Program-made: the position numbers and the translations under genes
Shown: piece by piece, positions 50,701 to 63,420 of the stretch
How positions within the stretch are numbered: the stretch's first letter is position 1
Layout: every line of letters begins with the position of its first letter
The notes under the pieces: generated by a model
What the model saw: the letters and a program-made list of their open reading frames with translations, nothing else
Told to the model about the DNA's origin: nothing
Databases searched by the model: none
Source: Narcine bancroftii
Taxonomy: Eukaryota
Direction of reading: 5' to 3'
Length of the DNA stretch: 64,000 bases
Assembly: GCF_036971445.1 (NCBI RefSeq)
Contig: NC_091475.1
Span: 153,760,001 to 153,824,000, forward strand

Positions 50701-51904
50701 TACAGGGCCAAATATTGACTTTGTCTCAGTGACTAAGATGCTCTGTAAAAGCAAGGTATTTACCTCTTGTAAGTGAAGTTCTGAGAGAACTTGTAGAATG
50801 ATTGTCGTTTTAATGTTCGAGAAGTTTTGACAATGTTCTAGAAAGTGTCAACTTGTCTTTCAGCAACTCTATACACAGTTTCAGTGGCAGAAAATGTCAT
50901 GTTGTTGAGCAGACCATGTAATCAATATTGCAGTTTCCTAACTAATGTTGTCAGCTCCATGCAGACTTGCAAGCATTTCCTATCTGACTGACAGAAGGTT
51001 TGGAATGCCTGTAAATAGTGTACAAGATCCTCACTGTTCTTATTCCTTTATGCATTGACACCAGATTTCTAATACAGTTCAGCTCAGAAACTTTGAGTTG
51101 AATGTATCGCAAATTTAGTGATTCCTTTCATTTCAGAAGAGAGAACGGCTGCACAATATAGTTAAATTATAGGTAATTAACAGTTTTTTAAAAATTAATT
51201 GAGAACATTAAGAGTTTAGTGGTTGTTTTTCTGGTGGATATTTGTATCACTGTTGTTCAAATATTTCAGAACATGCTTTTTTTTAAAATGAGCAGACAAC
51301 TGGTTTATCTTGAAAGCGCAGTTTTAGAAAGCTATCTGAATTTTCTAAGGTCAGGGTTTGCTATTTATGATTGAAAATACCTGATGTAAATTCTTGTTAA
51401 TTGGATCAAAGCTGGAAGTTATTGCTATTTGTTATTCAATATATTCATGGGCCTGGCAAGTTGCTGAATTGTAAATGTGAACACTTACCATTTCCTAAAG
51501 GTTCCAGACCAACTTCAACCAATGTATTTTTTCCCTGTAGGGTGGGTTTTGTTTAATTCAATAGTAACAGAAATGTGGCGCAGCCTCTTCAATTATAGTC
51601 AACAGACAAATCAAGTCTCAATTAAAACTGTTAAACACACTTTTCCTGCATTTTTATTGCCAAGATGCTGTGTGAAACAACATCTAAACTTCATTGCACT
51701 AAGACCTAGTTTTGATCACTTATTTTCCAGCTGATTGACACAATTTATCTCCACTATCTGTTTGCTAATTCCAAAGATGTCCTCATCAGCAGGTGAACTG
51801 TGTTTGTAAAGTTGAGTGTGTGTCTTCTGGCTCTTGCACCTCCTCCCTGATGGTAACAATGAGAAAAGGGTATGAGCTGGGTGGTGAGGGTCCTTGGATT
51901 TAGC

Positions 51905-52436
51905 ATTGAGACCGCACTTAGAATATTGTTTTCAGTTCTAGTCACCTCATTACAGGAAGGATGTAGAAGCTATGTAGAGGGTCCAGAGAAGATTTACCAG
52001 GAAGTTGCCTGGATTGAAAAATATGTCTAATGAAACAAGATTAGCAGAGCTAAGGCTTTTCTCTTTGGAGTGAAGAAGGATGAGAGGTGACTTAATAGAG
52101 ATGTACAAGATTATGAGAGGCATAGATAAAGTAGACAGTCAGCACCATTTTCCCAGGGCAGAAGTAGCAAACACCGAGGGAGAAAAGTTTTGGGGAGACA
52201 TTGGGGGTAAGCTTTTTGGGGGTAAGTTGTGGATTCCTTGAATGCATTGCATGGGTTGGAGGTGGAGGCTAGAACAATAGAGGTATTTAAGAGACTATTA
52301 GACAGGTGCAAAGATGACAGAAAATGGAGAGTTCTGAGGTAGGGAGGGTTGTTTTTTATATTTTTTCATATGTATATACAAGTTGGCACAACATTGTGGG
52401 CTGAAGGGCCTGTACTGTAATGTTCTGTGTTCTCTG
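51905..52436 (+). mobile_element. CR1 3' fragment
   Basis: Encodes RPHLEYCFQF and RMRGDLIEMYKIM; CR1-type tail TGTTCTGTGTTCT. Confidence 0.75.
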
Positions 52437-53080
52437 ATCTATAATTGCATGAACATGATGGCCCTATGATAGGTCTTCAGAGATGTTGACACCCAGGAAT
52501 CTAACATTTCTGGTGTATCGGGAAATTTGAGGATGGCATATCTACATGAATCTACAAACTTGCCCTACCTGATTTTAAAGGTATTTCATTCCACTTTCCC
52601 TTTATTGGTGAGTCCCACAATCTTGCACTCTCTGGCTGGACATCTTCTCTAATTTCCTATTAAATTTCTTGGCAGCAGTCTTGTACTGATGGATTCCTGT
52701 AATGTTCTTCCTTGAAAGTTGAAAAATTCATTATGATCTTCTATTTAAAAACTTCCACTATGTTTAGAGACTCAATTAGATCCTTCCTCAGGGAAAAGTG
52801 ATCCAGTCTATTCAACCTTTCCTCACAATCTCTGTATCCTCCTCATTAATCTTCTCTGTACCTTTTCCCTCTTAATCCTTATAATAAATTCATCAGAACC
52901 TTAAGCATGCGGGATTGCTGAGAGCCTTCCTTACCTGTGCATAATTATTTTATAAAAGCTATTTAAAATATTTACCCTGGAATCATAATTTTCCATGCAT
53001 TGCTTGACTCAAAAATCCCACTGGCTATGAAGTTCTTTCTACTGATTTTGTTGAGGTAGAGGATTGCTTCTTCTTGTGTA

Positions 53081-55652
53081 TGTAACCAACCGCTACAAAG
53101 AAACACACACACACCCAGTGTAGCAGGTTAAACTTACTCCTCTATTAAGGCTGGAAAGGCTGCTTTTATACTGTTCATGTTCCCGCTGTTTTTGCTGATT
53201 GACCGAGTCAGCCATATGAATAACAATAGCGGGTGGGAACATCCATGCATATGAATGCCCTTCTTCCACAGCCTTTTTCTGCTGAGTTAGCTGGGCAGCT
53301 TGACCAATGCCATCTTCTACCCCTGCTGGTTTGTTGTCCTGGGAGTCGCCTTTACCTATCTCTGTCTGCGTTTGCTGCCACGTGATGTACTGGCCAGATC
53401 TCCACATGACCCCCAGACCCCAGAACTGGCATTACAGTCTATGATGTCCATAGGTATAGTCCCCAAAGTCTTTTGTGGTCTGCCTCTGTATCGAGGCATT
53501 GGTGTCTCCACGGGTTCTGCTGGGTCTGTGTCGGCAGGCTTGAGTCTAACTGTAGTGAAGACCTTTGGTTTACCACCGATGTCCAGCTTGAAGGTGGCTA
53601 CGTTGTTCCGGATGACTTGAAAGGGATCTTCGTATGGCTTCTGCAGTGGTAAACGGTGAGGTCCTCTGCTTACAAACACATACTCACAGTCCTTGAGTTC
53701 TTTGGGGATGTTGGACTTGGCTTGTCTGTGTCTGGAGGGTGGGATCGGAGCCAGGTTACCTAGCTTTTTGTGCAGCCTGTCCAGGAAAGTGGTCATCTCC
53801 TCCTGCTGTCCTCTGGCCTGTGGAACGAAATCCCCGGGAACTGTGAGTGGGGCTCTGTGAACAAGTTCAGCAGAGGATATGTGGAGGTATTCTTTCGGCA
53901 CTGTTCGGATGCCCAGTAGTGCCCATGGTAGCTCGTCCACCAGTTGAGGCCCTTGAGTCTTGAGGTGCCTGTGGAAATGCTCCACCATGTTGTTCGCTTG
54001 TGGGTGGTATGCCATCGTATGGTGTAGCTGAGCGTCCCACAGGTTGGCAATGTCAGTCCACAAACTGGAGGTGAACTGTGTGCCTCGGTCAGAAGTGATG
54101 TGCCGTGGCAGTCCGAATCTTGCAATCCAAGACAAGAGGAGAGCTTTGGCACAGGATCTGGTGGATGTGTTGACCAGGGGGATTGCTTCTGGCCACCGGG
54201 TGTAGCGGTTGACCACTGTGAACAGGTAGCGGAAACCCTGAGAGACTGGCAAGGGTCCCACTATGTTCACATGAATGTGGTCCAACCTGCATTCCGTTGG
54301 CTCGAAAGGCTGGGGGAGGACCTTGGTGTGTCTCTGCACTTTGGCTGTTTGACCCACCCCCGGACTTGTTTCTGCCATCCATGCCACACATACTTGCCGG
54401 ACCGTAGTCCTGATGAATGGGTGTCAAAAATTCGTTGCCTCCATGCCGCTGGGACAATAGGTCGAACGTGCCCAGTGGCCACGTCGCACAGGAGGGTGGT
54501 AGTACTGGAACGTCCTGAAGCCGAAGGCCTGTGACAGCGGTCCTGTACTGCGGGATCTCGTCGTCCTGCTGCTGTGCCTCTACCAGTGCTGCGAAGTCCA
54601 GACCGTTGACCAGGGAGTGGATGCTGTGTCTTGACATGGCACCGATGACCACATTGTCTTTTCCCAAGATGTGCTGGATGTCAGTGGTGTACTCTGAGAT
54701 GTAAGATAAGTGTCTCTGTTGGTGGGCTGACCAGGGATTGGAGATTTTAGCCAGGAAGAAAGTCAGTGGTTTGTGCGCAGTGAAAGCCCTTCCCTCAAGA
54801 AAGTACCAGAAGTGGCAGATGGTCAAGTATAGTGCCAGCAGCTCTCTATTGAAAGCTGTACTTTAGTTCAAGGGGCTGCAGATGTTTGCTGAAGAAAGCT
54901 AGTGGGTACAAGCTTCCTTCAATCTGCTGCTCCAGGACTCCACCAATCACTGTTCCTGAGGCATCGACTGTGAGGGCCATAGGTGCATCTGGTCTGGAGT
55001 GGGTCAGGAGTGCAGCTTTGGCCAGGACTTCCTTGGTTTCCACAAATGCATGTGCAGATTCATCGTCCCAGTTCAGGTCCTTCTCCTTGCCAGACATCAG
55101 GATGAACAGAGGGCACATCACTCGAGCAGCTGGTGGGATAAACCTGCAATAAAAGTTTATCATCCCCACAAACGCCTGCAGATCTTTGGTTGTATAGGGC
55201 TTCGGGAAGCTGCGGATGGCCTCCACCTTGTCAGGCAGTGGTGTAGCCCTGTCCTTTGTAATCCAGTGGCCCAGGAAGTCGATGGAGTTCAGGCCATACT
55301 GGTATTTGGCCAGGTTGATGGTGAGGCTGAACTCCTGCAGATGACTACAGAGATTTCTGAGGTGCTGAGGGTGTTTCTGTCGGGTTCTACTTGCCACGAG
55401 GATATCGTTGAGGTAGACGAAAGTGCCATCCAGGTCTTGATTCACTGCGTCCATCAGTTACTGGAATGTCTGTGCCACATTTTTGAGCCCGAATGAAACT
55501 CAAACAGCCCAAGTGGAGTGATAATGGTCTTCTTAGGGATGTCATCTGGATGCACTGCGATCTGGTGATATCCTCGCATTAGATCCACTTTTGAGAATAC
55601 TGTTGTCCTGTGCAGGTTTGCCGCAAAATCTTGGATGTGTGGCACGGGGTAA
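53081..55652 (-). mobile_element. Third CsRn1-like Gypsy element: pol and 3' LTR only (5'-truncated)
   Basis: LTR 53081-53406 (TGTAAC...TCCACA) with an adjacent purine tract. Integrase ORF 53356-54387 (YTRWPEAIPL, ITSDRGTQF, YHPQANNMVE); RT/RNase H at 54846-55645. Sequence ends at PVPHIQDF. Confidence 0.88.
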
Positions 55653-55667
55653 TGGTCCAGGGTATAT

Positions 55668-55906
55668 ATTTAGACCTACAGCAAGTCAACAGGCCCTTTC
55701 AGCCAACAAGCCCATGCCGTCCAATTATACCCAATTAACCTACAACCCCGATACATTTGTTAGATGTTGGGAGGAAACCAGTTCACACAGAAGAAACCCA
55801 TGCAGATACAGAGAAAACGTACAGACTCCTTACAGACAGCGTGGGATTCAAACACCGGCCGCTGGTGCTGTAACAGCTTCGTGCTAACTGCTACACTAAC
55901 CGTGCC
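55668..55906 (-). mobile_element. Near full-length tRNA-derived V-SINE-like element
   Basis: Minus strand begins GCACGGTTAGTGTAGCAGTTAGC (A-box-like) and GTTTGAATCC (B-box-like), followed by the V-core and a CR1-like tail. Confidence 0.8.
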
Positions 55907-56326
55907 TCTGTGGAGATTAAAAGCTCCCTGGCATCAAGCTGAGGTATCGCAGCAAACTTCCTGTTCACCTCGAGTCACAAACTTATTAATGTAAATGCTA
56001 CTGTAATCAGAAGTATGATTAAAATTTGCAACCTGCGTACAAAATTCTTCCTCCATTATGGGGTTCTATTAAAAATGCAGATTATTTTATATTATAATGC
56101 CTAACAGTTTATTCTTTCATTTTACAAATAGTAGATATTTGTTTATGGAAAATAACATTTATTTTGTGGATTTCTATTGATGGACTGAGCCTAAACATTG
56201 CTTCGCTTGTGATCCCACTACACGCTACCCTCTGAGTCCCTCAACATATGAAAGGATTATTTTATATCATACTGATTCAGAAACTTCTCATTGCATCGAT
56301 ATCCTACCTTTTCTCAAGGATACCTT

Positions 56327-56819
56327 TGTTAGGAATTAAAGTACCTTTAAAGAAATTGCTCGAGACAAAAATTGAGAACAAAGAACATTTATTACTACAA
56401 CAATGCAAAGTTGGGTGCTTCCCCTTACCCTGGGAATACACACACACACTGGGGCTCACCCAACTTTTATACAGTTGATTTCAGTGTAGGAATACCCTCC
56501 CCCTTACATTCTTCTGCCTCCTGCTGGAGAGGTTTGGCATTAGGCAATCCTGCCTGCCTACGTGCAATTTCAGTATACTTGGAGAACCAGGGGGGGGGTA
56601 TCCTGTCGGTGTCCCTTCATGTCATTGTCCTTATTCACACCTTCCTGATTCTCTGGGCTACAGTCTCTTAATATGCAAAGTTGACTCATTCTATCTAGGG
56701 TTGGCTAATTTCATATGTATAAATCTGTGTATGGTTAGCTAATTAGAAATGTATGACTTGGTACTTCTGTCCAGGGCTAGGAGACCCTTATCTGATCCAG
56801 ACTACCTCAACTTCCTACA
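56327..56819 (-). mobile_element. Probable retroviral-type LTR
   Basis: Minus strand reads TGTAGGAA...TTCCTAACA (inverted termini), with TATAAAA followed downstream by AATAAA. No matching TSD, so it may still be attached to internal sequence at 56820-57390. Confidence 0.55.
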
Positions 56820-57394
56820 TTCTATTGTACCTTACCATTCCTTATCTTAGTCCTATGGTCTTGTCACAAAGGATAGAAGATTCTTATGTTAATCGTGCTG
56901 ACTCTGCTTTCCTGCATCCTAAGCCCCAAGCTTATCCTGTTTGAACTGGTTACAGCCATTTTACTGATGAACTTTAGTTTCTTCCATGTTCATAATTTTA
57001 GGTCAATTTTCCCATCTCTCACACCTTCTTTTCCATCTCAGCAACTTGTGTTGTTAGCCAAGGTGTTTTCTTATCAATTAAACCTAGTCCTGAATACCCA
57101 TTCCCCTCCCTTGACCCTCGTTGAGTCATTTCACCTTGTTAAACCTTCCTCCCTTCCACAGTACTATTTTGTGAAACCACTTCCCAACAAGTTTCTTTGG
57201 CAAGATTCCACCATATTGTTTTTTGATATTCTGGTTGCCTTTTCACTCAAAATAGTACTCCCTTCCGTTGTCTTTCTCTTCAAGTACCATCTGCAGCTCT
57301 TCCTACCTCCTCCTCTTTGATTCTAACTCTCTCCTCCTGTCTCATCTTTGTGGATAATTTTCCTTTTTTTAAATTTTCCCTGACTTGTCCATGA

Positions 57395-57705
57395 AATCAT
57401 AGAACCAAAGAGTTAAGGAACACAGAAACAGCTCCTTTGGCCATCAGAACATCAATACATAGTTACACTAACCACTTTATGCTACATATAGTATATTCCC
57501 ATCAACTCCTTCCCCTAGATTCAGTACATTTCCTTACCCAACAGGGTCTGCTTACACCGGGCAATTAACCTGCAAATCCACATGTCTTTGTATTTGGGAG
57601 GAAACACATGCAGTCACTAGAAGAATGTCTAATCTCTGCGCAGACAATGCAGGAGGTCAGGATCAAGCCTGGATTTACAGAGGCCATAAGCAAAGCTTTC
57701 ACCGC
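57395..57705 (-). mobile_element. Degraded V-SINE-like / CR1-tailed element
   Basis: CAATTAACCTGCAAATCCACATGTCTTTG..TGGGAGGAAAC core and CATAGAAC..CACAGAAACAG tail, similar to the other SINE copies. Confidence 0.55.
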
Positions 57706-59334
57706 TGAGGGATAAAGTAGGTCTCAGAGGATGAATCAGTCTGCACATCCAAAAGAAGTGGAAAGGGAAGATAGCACAAGAGAAAAAACTGTTTGAATTT
57801 CTATCACCAATATTAGTGCAAATACTTTCACAAAGCATAACTGACACCTGTCTTTCCTTTGTGTATGGTCTTGCTTCTAGTGGTCTCATCCTATTTGTTG
57901 CTAAGAATCTGGGCAATTGTAGAAAACACATTTGTTCTGTTTTGAACAAGGTTTCCAAAAGCTTAATCTTTTACAGATATTCACGTATAATATATACAAT
58001 CTCATAGAAAATAAGTAGGCATTCTGTACTGACTTCCTTCACTGCCAGCCTCTTTCCAAGAATACTGTTTTAAGCTTCAGTGGTATTTGATGCCAAGTTG
58101 CAGTTGGTCCTTTCCAATTTATTAAAGCTAAGTAGAATTACAGCTCAGCATGTGTTTATTGTTCCACTTCAGTGGGCTTTTTAGATGCCTCAAGGCCACA
58201 GCTCTTGCTACTTGTGAATCCTTTCTTAGTGCTGCTCTATGCATCTGACTGACTGCAGATGGAGTCACCAGTTCCCACACAATCTGGTCCACTTGCTGCT
58301 CTATCAGAATCAGAAATTTCCAGGTTCTGATATTACATGAACATGAATTGCAGAAATCAATTTAGATTTTGAGCCATTAAAAGCCTTTAATTGTGTTTTA
58401 TTTTGTATTGGATTACTTTAGTTGCTTAAGTGACTGACTAATATGAGAACATTTTATTACTTAAAATACTTAAAATTACAGGAGCCATTTTTTCTAGATC
58501 TTTGGCCTGGATTGCAACGTTTTATTGCTGTCATTTTGTCATGTGTTCTTTGTCAAAGGTTGTTTGTTTTCTTTAAGCAATGACAAATAGACAAACAAAG
58601 AATTGCTGGACGAACTCAGCAGGTCAGACAGCAGGGACAAGTGAACTTGGCAATTCACATGAAGATGGTATCAGACAGTCAGAGCAGTGTCTGAGAGCTG
58701 CAAGAGGTTAACAGGTTAGGAAAATTGATCTATAGTGTATCATTATAAAAATTACTGACCAGGGGATAATTAATATGTAATAGTGATAGGAGGTGTCTTA
58801 GAATGTGGCACCTCCTTTGGGGAAGTCTGAGAAGTTTTCAAATATTTGTGGGTGATATCTGCAAGTATAAAGCAGAGGTTTACCAAGTCTACTGGAACTT
58901 CAGGATTGTACCTGTTTATGTAGAGAGTCCTTTATACATAAATTCTTGAAATTTTAATTGTGGTGATTCATTCTAAAGCTACTTGGTCATCTCAGTATTA
59001 ATTCATGCATGTTTTTCATATAATGATTAAGTTCAATGTTTAATTTTAGCAATTCATTGAGCTAAGTGTGTCCTATCAGCTGTGCCTGCTGTAGTACTTT
59101 TTCACTGTTATATCAAAGCAGCCTCATGAATAAGCAAGTAATATTGAGCCACATGCCATGAGCCTCTCCTTCTCTGGTGATTGAATGTAACTGCAGCCAT
59201 TTAGCAGATCATTCAATGTTAAAACCAGTACACCTTGTCAAAAATGACAAGCATTCAAGTAAGTAAATAATGATAATAGTTTGTCCTCCATCAAAGTCGA
59301 CTAAAATGCCACATTTAATTTATGTTTTCATTTT

Positions 59335-59597
59335 TTAATTTAGAGATAAAGCATGGCAACAGACAAACATTCAAGTAAGTAAATAATGATAATAGCCTAT
59401 GAACTGATGCCACCCACGTACACCAATTAAACACCGTACATTTTTGGAGGGTGGGAGGAATGGGGAGCACCTGGAAGAAACTCCTGCAGGACACAAGGAG
59501 GACATACAGAGTCCTTACAGGCAGCACTGGATTCGAACCCGAGTCGCTGGTATTGTAGTAGTGTTGTGCTGACCACACTGCACTGTCCATGCTGCCT
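59335..59597 (-). mobile_element. V-SINE-like element
   Basis: B-box GGTTCGAATCC on the minus strand and V-core; collinear with 55668-55906. Confidence 0.75.
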
Positions 59598-60839
59598 TAC
59601 AATAAATCAGTAGAGCAAGCTTGAAATACTAACCACATTCTACTCGAGGACCCACTGGGCATTTCCTGCTTTGAATTTTTATTTTTCAGTTTTATAGCAT
59701 TGGCAGCATTTTACTTTGAGTTGTTAAAATTTTGTGATAAATTATGTTTCTCACACCACTGAGAGAGAAAGATACTATCTGATAAGAGGTTTTGTGTAAC
59801 CAAAGCCCAGAAATTCTCTCTACATTTTCATTTTTATGTGCTATTTGTAGTTAATGAAAACTCTTAAAGATGTTGCTTTCAAAGAAAAATCACAATGAAT
59901 GTATTTAAGTAAACAAGCTTTATCGATATAAGTAAGTTCCTAACCACACTTGTGGCTGACAAACAATGCATAAAAATCATATCACATAAAATACTCTGCC
60001 TGCTAAAATTACAATGACAGGTTAGTTTACTTGTATACAATACACTATTGTGAACTTTATCTACAATCTAAATGGCAAATGTGATTGCAAGTCTCACTCA
60101 AATAACCATCCAGCCACCAATTCTCCATCCAAAAACTAGATGACTCTTCACGAGTTCCACCATGGTAGAAATTTTAAGTGAAAGCCTTCTATACCAAGAG
60201 GTATGAGGTCTGTTCTAAGTTGCACACTGTCTTTGACCTTGTGCATGCTAGATTTTCACTGGCTTTAGTGCCATATGCAAAATTGTCATGGTCTACCTGA
60301 ATTGTCTCAATTGAACATGCATTTTTAGTGGCATTAGAATTTCTAGCCTGTGATTTTCTTTTTTTCTATTTCATTCTTAATCCAGAGGTCAGAATTGAAG
60401 TATTTATTGTGTGTACTGAAATATACATTCTGTTTTGCATTCTATCCAGACAAATCAGCTTGTGCAGAAACTTGCATCAATAAGTAAACTGTGGCAGACT
60501 TCAACAGGGATTTTATCTGAAAGCTGCACCTGGCAATTGGAGTCATGTGACTCAGGCAGATGGATTTGAAAAGCTGATTGGGGACTTGTGGCACAGGGTG
60601 GTATTAATTCACTTCGACTCAGCCATCTAGAGAGTTGGTACTTTTTGTCTGGAGTTCCACACAGTACATGCGGCAGTGAGTAGGAAATTTACAACTAATT
60701 TTTTTTAGACAAAAGTGCAGGAATTAGTGTTACAATGTCAAATAGTGCAGGGTGCAGTATGACAGAAACAAAGAACAAAATACAGAGAAAAGTACAGTTT
60801 TAAAATAAGATTGCTAGAGCAACATCATCTTTTACCAGC

Positions 60840-61225
60840 AAGAGATCATTTAAGAGTCTGATAACAGTTGAAAGAAAATGTCCTTGAATCTGGAGGTTCA
60901 TGTTTTCAAACTCATCTATCTTCTGCCCAATGGAAGGGGAAGAAGAGAGTGTGACCAAACTGGATGGGAATTTTAAGATGTTGGCAGCTTTTGCAAGTAT
61001 AGAGGTGTAGATGGTGGGAGGTTGGTTTGCATGATGAACTGAGCTGCATTCAAAGCTTTGCAGATTCTTACTCTCTTGGTTAGATCAGTTCCCATGCCAA
61101 ACTGTGATTATGTAGACATTATACTTTTCATGGTGCATCAATAAAAGTTGATTAGGGATCTTGGAGACACGCCAAATTTTCTTGGGCTTCTGCTAACATT
61201 GGTGCACTTTTTTGGCTGTAACAGA
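60840..61225 (-). mobile_element. Old Rex1/Babar-like fragment
   Basis: Nucleotide similarity to the other Rex 3' regions in this window (e.g. ...TCTTCTGCCCAATGGAAGGGG..GAGAGTGTGACC). Confidence 0.5.
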
Positions 61226-61231
61226 GAGAAT

Positions 61232-62200
61232 TCTGCCTGAAGGTCAGTGATGAGTAGAGTTCTGCAGGGATCTGTTCATTGTAATAAATGACCTGGATGA
61301 ACATGTAGAAGGATGGATCAGTAAGTTTGCAGATGATATAAAGTTTGGAGGAGTTGTAGATAGTGCTGAAGGTTGTTATAGGTTACAGAAGTATATAGAA
61401 AGGATATAGAGTTGGGTGGAAAAGTGGCAGATGGAGTTCAGTCTGGATAGGTGTGAGGTGATGCATTTTGGAAGGTCTAACCAGAAGGCTAACACAGTGT
61501 TAATGGTTGGATACTTAACAGTGTGGAGGAACAGAGGGACCTTGGGGATTTAAATGTATACATCTCTCAAGGTTGCTGCATAAATTGATAGGATAGATAA
61601 AAAGGCCTATGGGATGCTAGGCCTCATTGATAGGGGGGTTGAGTACAAGAGTCAAGAGGTAATGTTGCAACTCTTCAAATCTCTGGTGAGACCTAGTCAC
61701 TTCTAGTCACCTCATACAGGAAGGATGTGGAAGCTATGGAGAGAGTGCCTTGATTGGAAAACAAGTCTTGTGAGGCAAGGTTATAAGAGCTGGGACTTTT
61801 CTCTTTGGAGTGAAGAAGGAAGAGACTTAATAGAGGTCTACAGTATTCTGAGAGGCATTGATGAGGTGAATACCCAACATCTTTTTCCCAGGGCAGAAAT
61901 AGCAAACACCAGAGGACATCTCTACAAAGTGGAGGGAGGAAAGTTTGGAGGAGTCATCAAAGGTAAATGTTTTACAAAGATAGTGTATGTGTCTGGAATG
62001 CCTTGCCATGGATGGTGGTAGAGGCGGAAACATTAGGGGCATTTAAGAGACTCTTAGGTAGGCACATGGATGAAAAAAAAATAGAGGGTTAGAAGGTAGG
62101 AAGGGTTTAATTTTTTTATTTGTTGTAGATGTGTGTGTTGGCACAACATCGAGGACAAGTGCTGTCATGTTTATTTTCCATATTCTAACATCAGTGTGGT
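61232..62200 (+). mobile_element. Degraded CR1 3' half
   Basis: Encodes ISKFADD, WVEKWQMEF, CEVMHFG, EEQRDLG and RDLIEVYSIL. Confidence 0.78.
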
Positions 62201-62802
62201 TGAACCAGACCAGGTTATTAGAGATATTTACTTCTATGAACTTGGACATCTCTACCTNNNNNNNNNNNNNNNNNNNNNNNNNNNNNNNNNNNNNNNNNNN
62301 NNNNNNNNNNNNNNNNNNNNNNNNNNNNNNNNNNNNNNNNNNNNNNNNNNNNNNNNNNNNNNNNNNNNNNNNNNNNNNNNNNNNNNNNNNNNNNNNNNNN
62401 NNNNNNNNNNNNNNNNNNNNNNNNNNNNNNNNNNNNNNNNNNNNNNNNNNNNNNNNNNNNNNNNNNNNNNNNNNNNNNNNNNNNNNNNNNNNNNNNNNNN
62501 NNNNNNNNNNNNNNNNNNNNNNNNNNNNNNNNNNNNNNNNNNNNNNNNNNNNNNNNNNNNNNNNNNNNNNNNNNNNNNNNNNNNNNNNNNNNNNNNNNNN
62601 NNNNNNNNNNNNNNNNNNNNNNNNNNNNNNNNNNNNNNNNNNNNNNNNNNNNNNNNNNNNNNNNNNNNNNNNNNNNNNNNNNNNNNNNNNNNNNNNNNNN
62701 NNNNNNNNNNNNNNNNNNNNNNNNNNNNNNNNNNNNNNNNNNNNNNNNNNNNNNNNNNNNNNNNNNNNNNNNNNNNNNNNNNNNNNNNNNNNNNNNNNNN
62801 NN

Positions 62803-62914
62803 CCTGCAACCGCTGCAACCGTGTCTGCCTGTCCCGCATCGGACTTGTCAGCCACAAACGAGCCTGCAGCTGACGTGGACTTTTTACCCCCTCCATAAAT
62901 CTTCGTCCGCGAAG
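62803..62914 (+). mobile_element. RTE 3'-end fragment isolated between gaps
   Basis: Nearly identical to 143-254. Confidence 0.8.
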
Positions 62915-63288
62915 NNNNNNNNNNNNNNNNNNNNNNNNNNNNNNNNNNNNNNNNNNNNNNNNNNNNNNNNNNNNNNNNNNNNNNNNNNNNNNNNNNNNNN
63001 NNNNNNNNNNNNNNNNNNNNNNNNNNNNNNNNNNNNNNNNNNNNNNNNNNNNNNNNNNNNNNNNNNNNNNNNNNNNNNNNNNNNNNNNNNNNNNNNNNNN
63101 NNNNNNNNNNNNNNNNNNNNNNNNNNNNNNNNNNNNNNNNNNNNNNNNNNNNNNNNNNNNNNNNNNNNNNNNNNNNNNNNNNNNNNNNNNNNNNNNNNNN
63201 NNNNNNNNNNNNNNNNNNNNNNNNNNNNNNNNNNNNNNNNNNNNNNNNNNNNNNNNNNNNNNNNNNNNNNNNNNNNNNNNNNNNNTCA

Positions 63289-63420
63289 CTGGGTCTGCGC
63301 CTCTGGGTCTGCGCCTCTGGGTCTGCGCCTCTGGGTCTGCGCCTCTGGGTCTGCGCCTCTGGGTCTGCGCCTCTGGGTCTGCGCCTCTGGGTCTGCGCCT
63401 CTGGGTCTGCGCCTCTGGGC
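63289..63420 (+). repeat. 14-bp tandem repeat (CTGGGTCTGCGCCT)n, ~9 perfect units
   Basis: Directly visible; degrades into GC/GT microsatellite toward 63500. Confidence 0.95.

Noticed and set aside
51137-51172. 36-bp micro-exon (TTTCAG...AG|GTAATT)
   Set aside because: All three frames contain a stop, and there is no other support.
55840-55906. tRNA gene (A/B boxes)
   Set aside because: It is the tRNA-derived head of a SINE, continuous with the V-core and LINE-like tail.
56886-57320. 144-aa hydrophobic ORF as a membrane protein
   Set aside because: It is the pyrimidine-rich antisense of the purine-rich ERV-like internal sequence and shows no gene structure.
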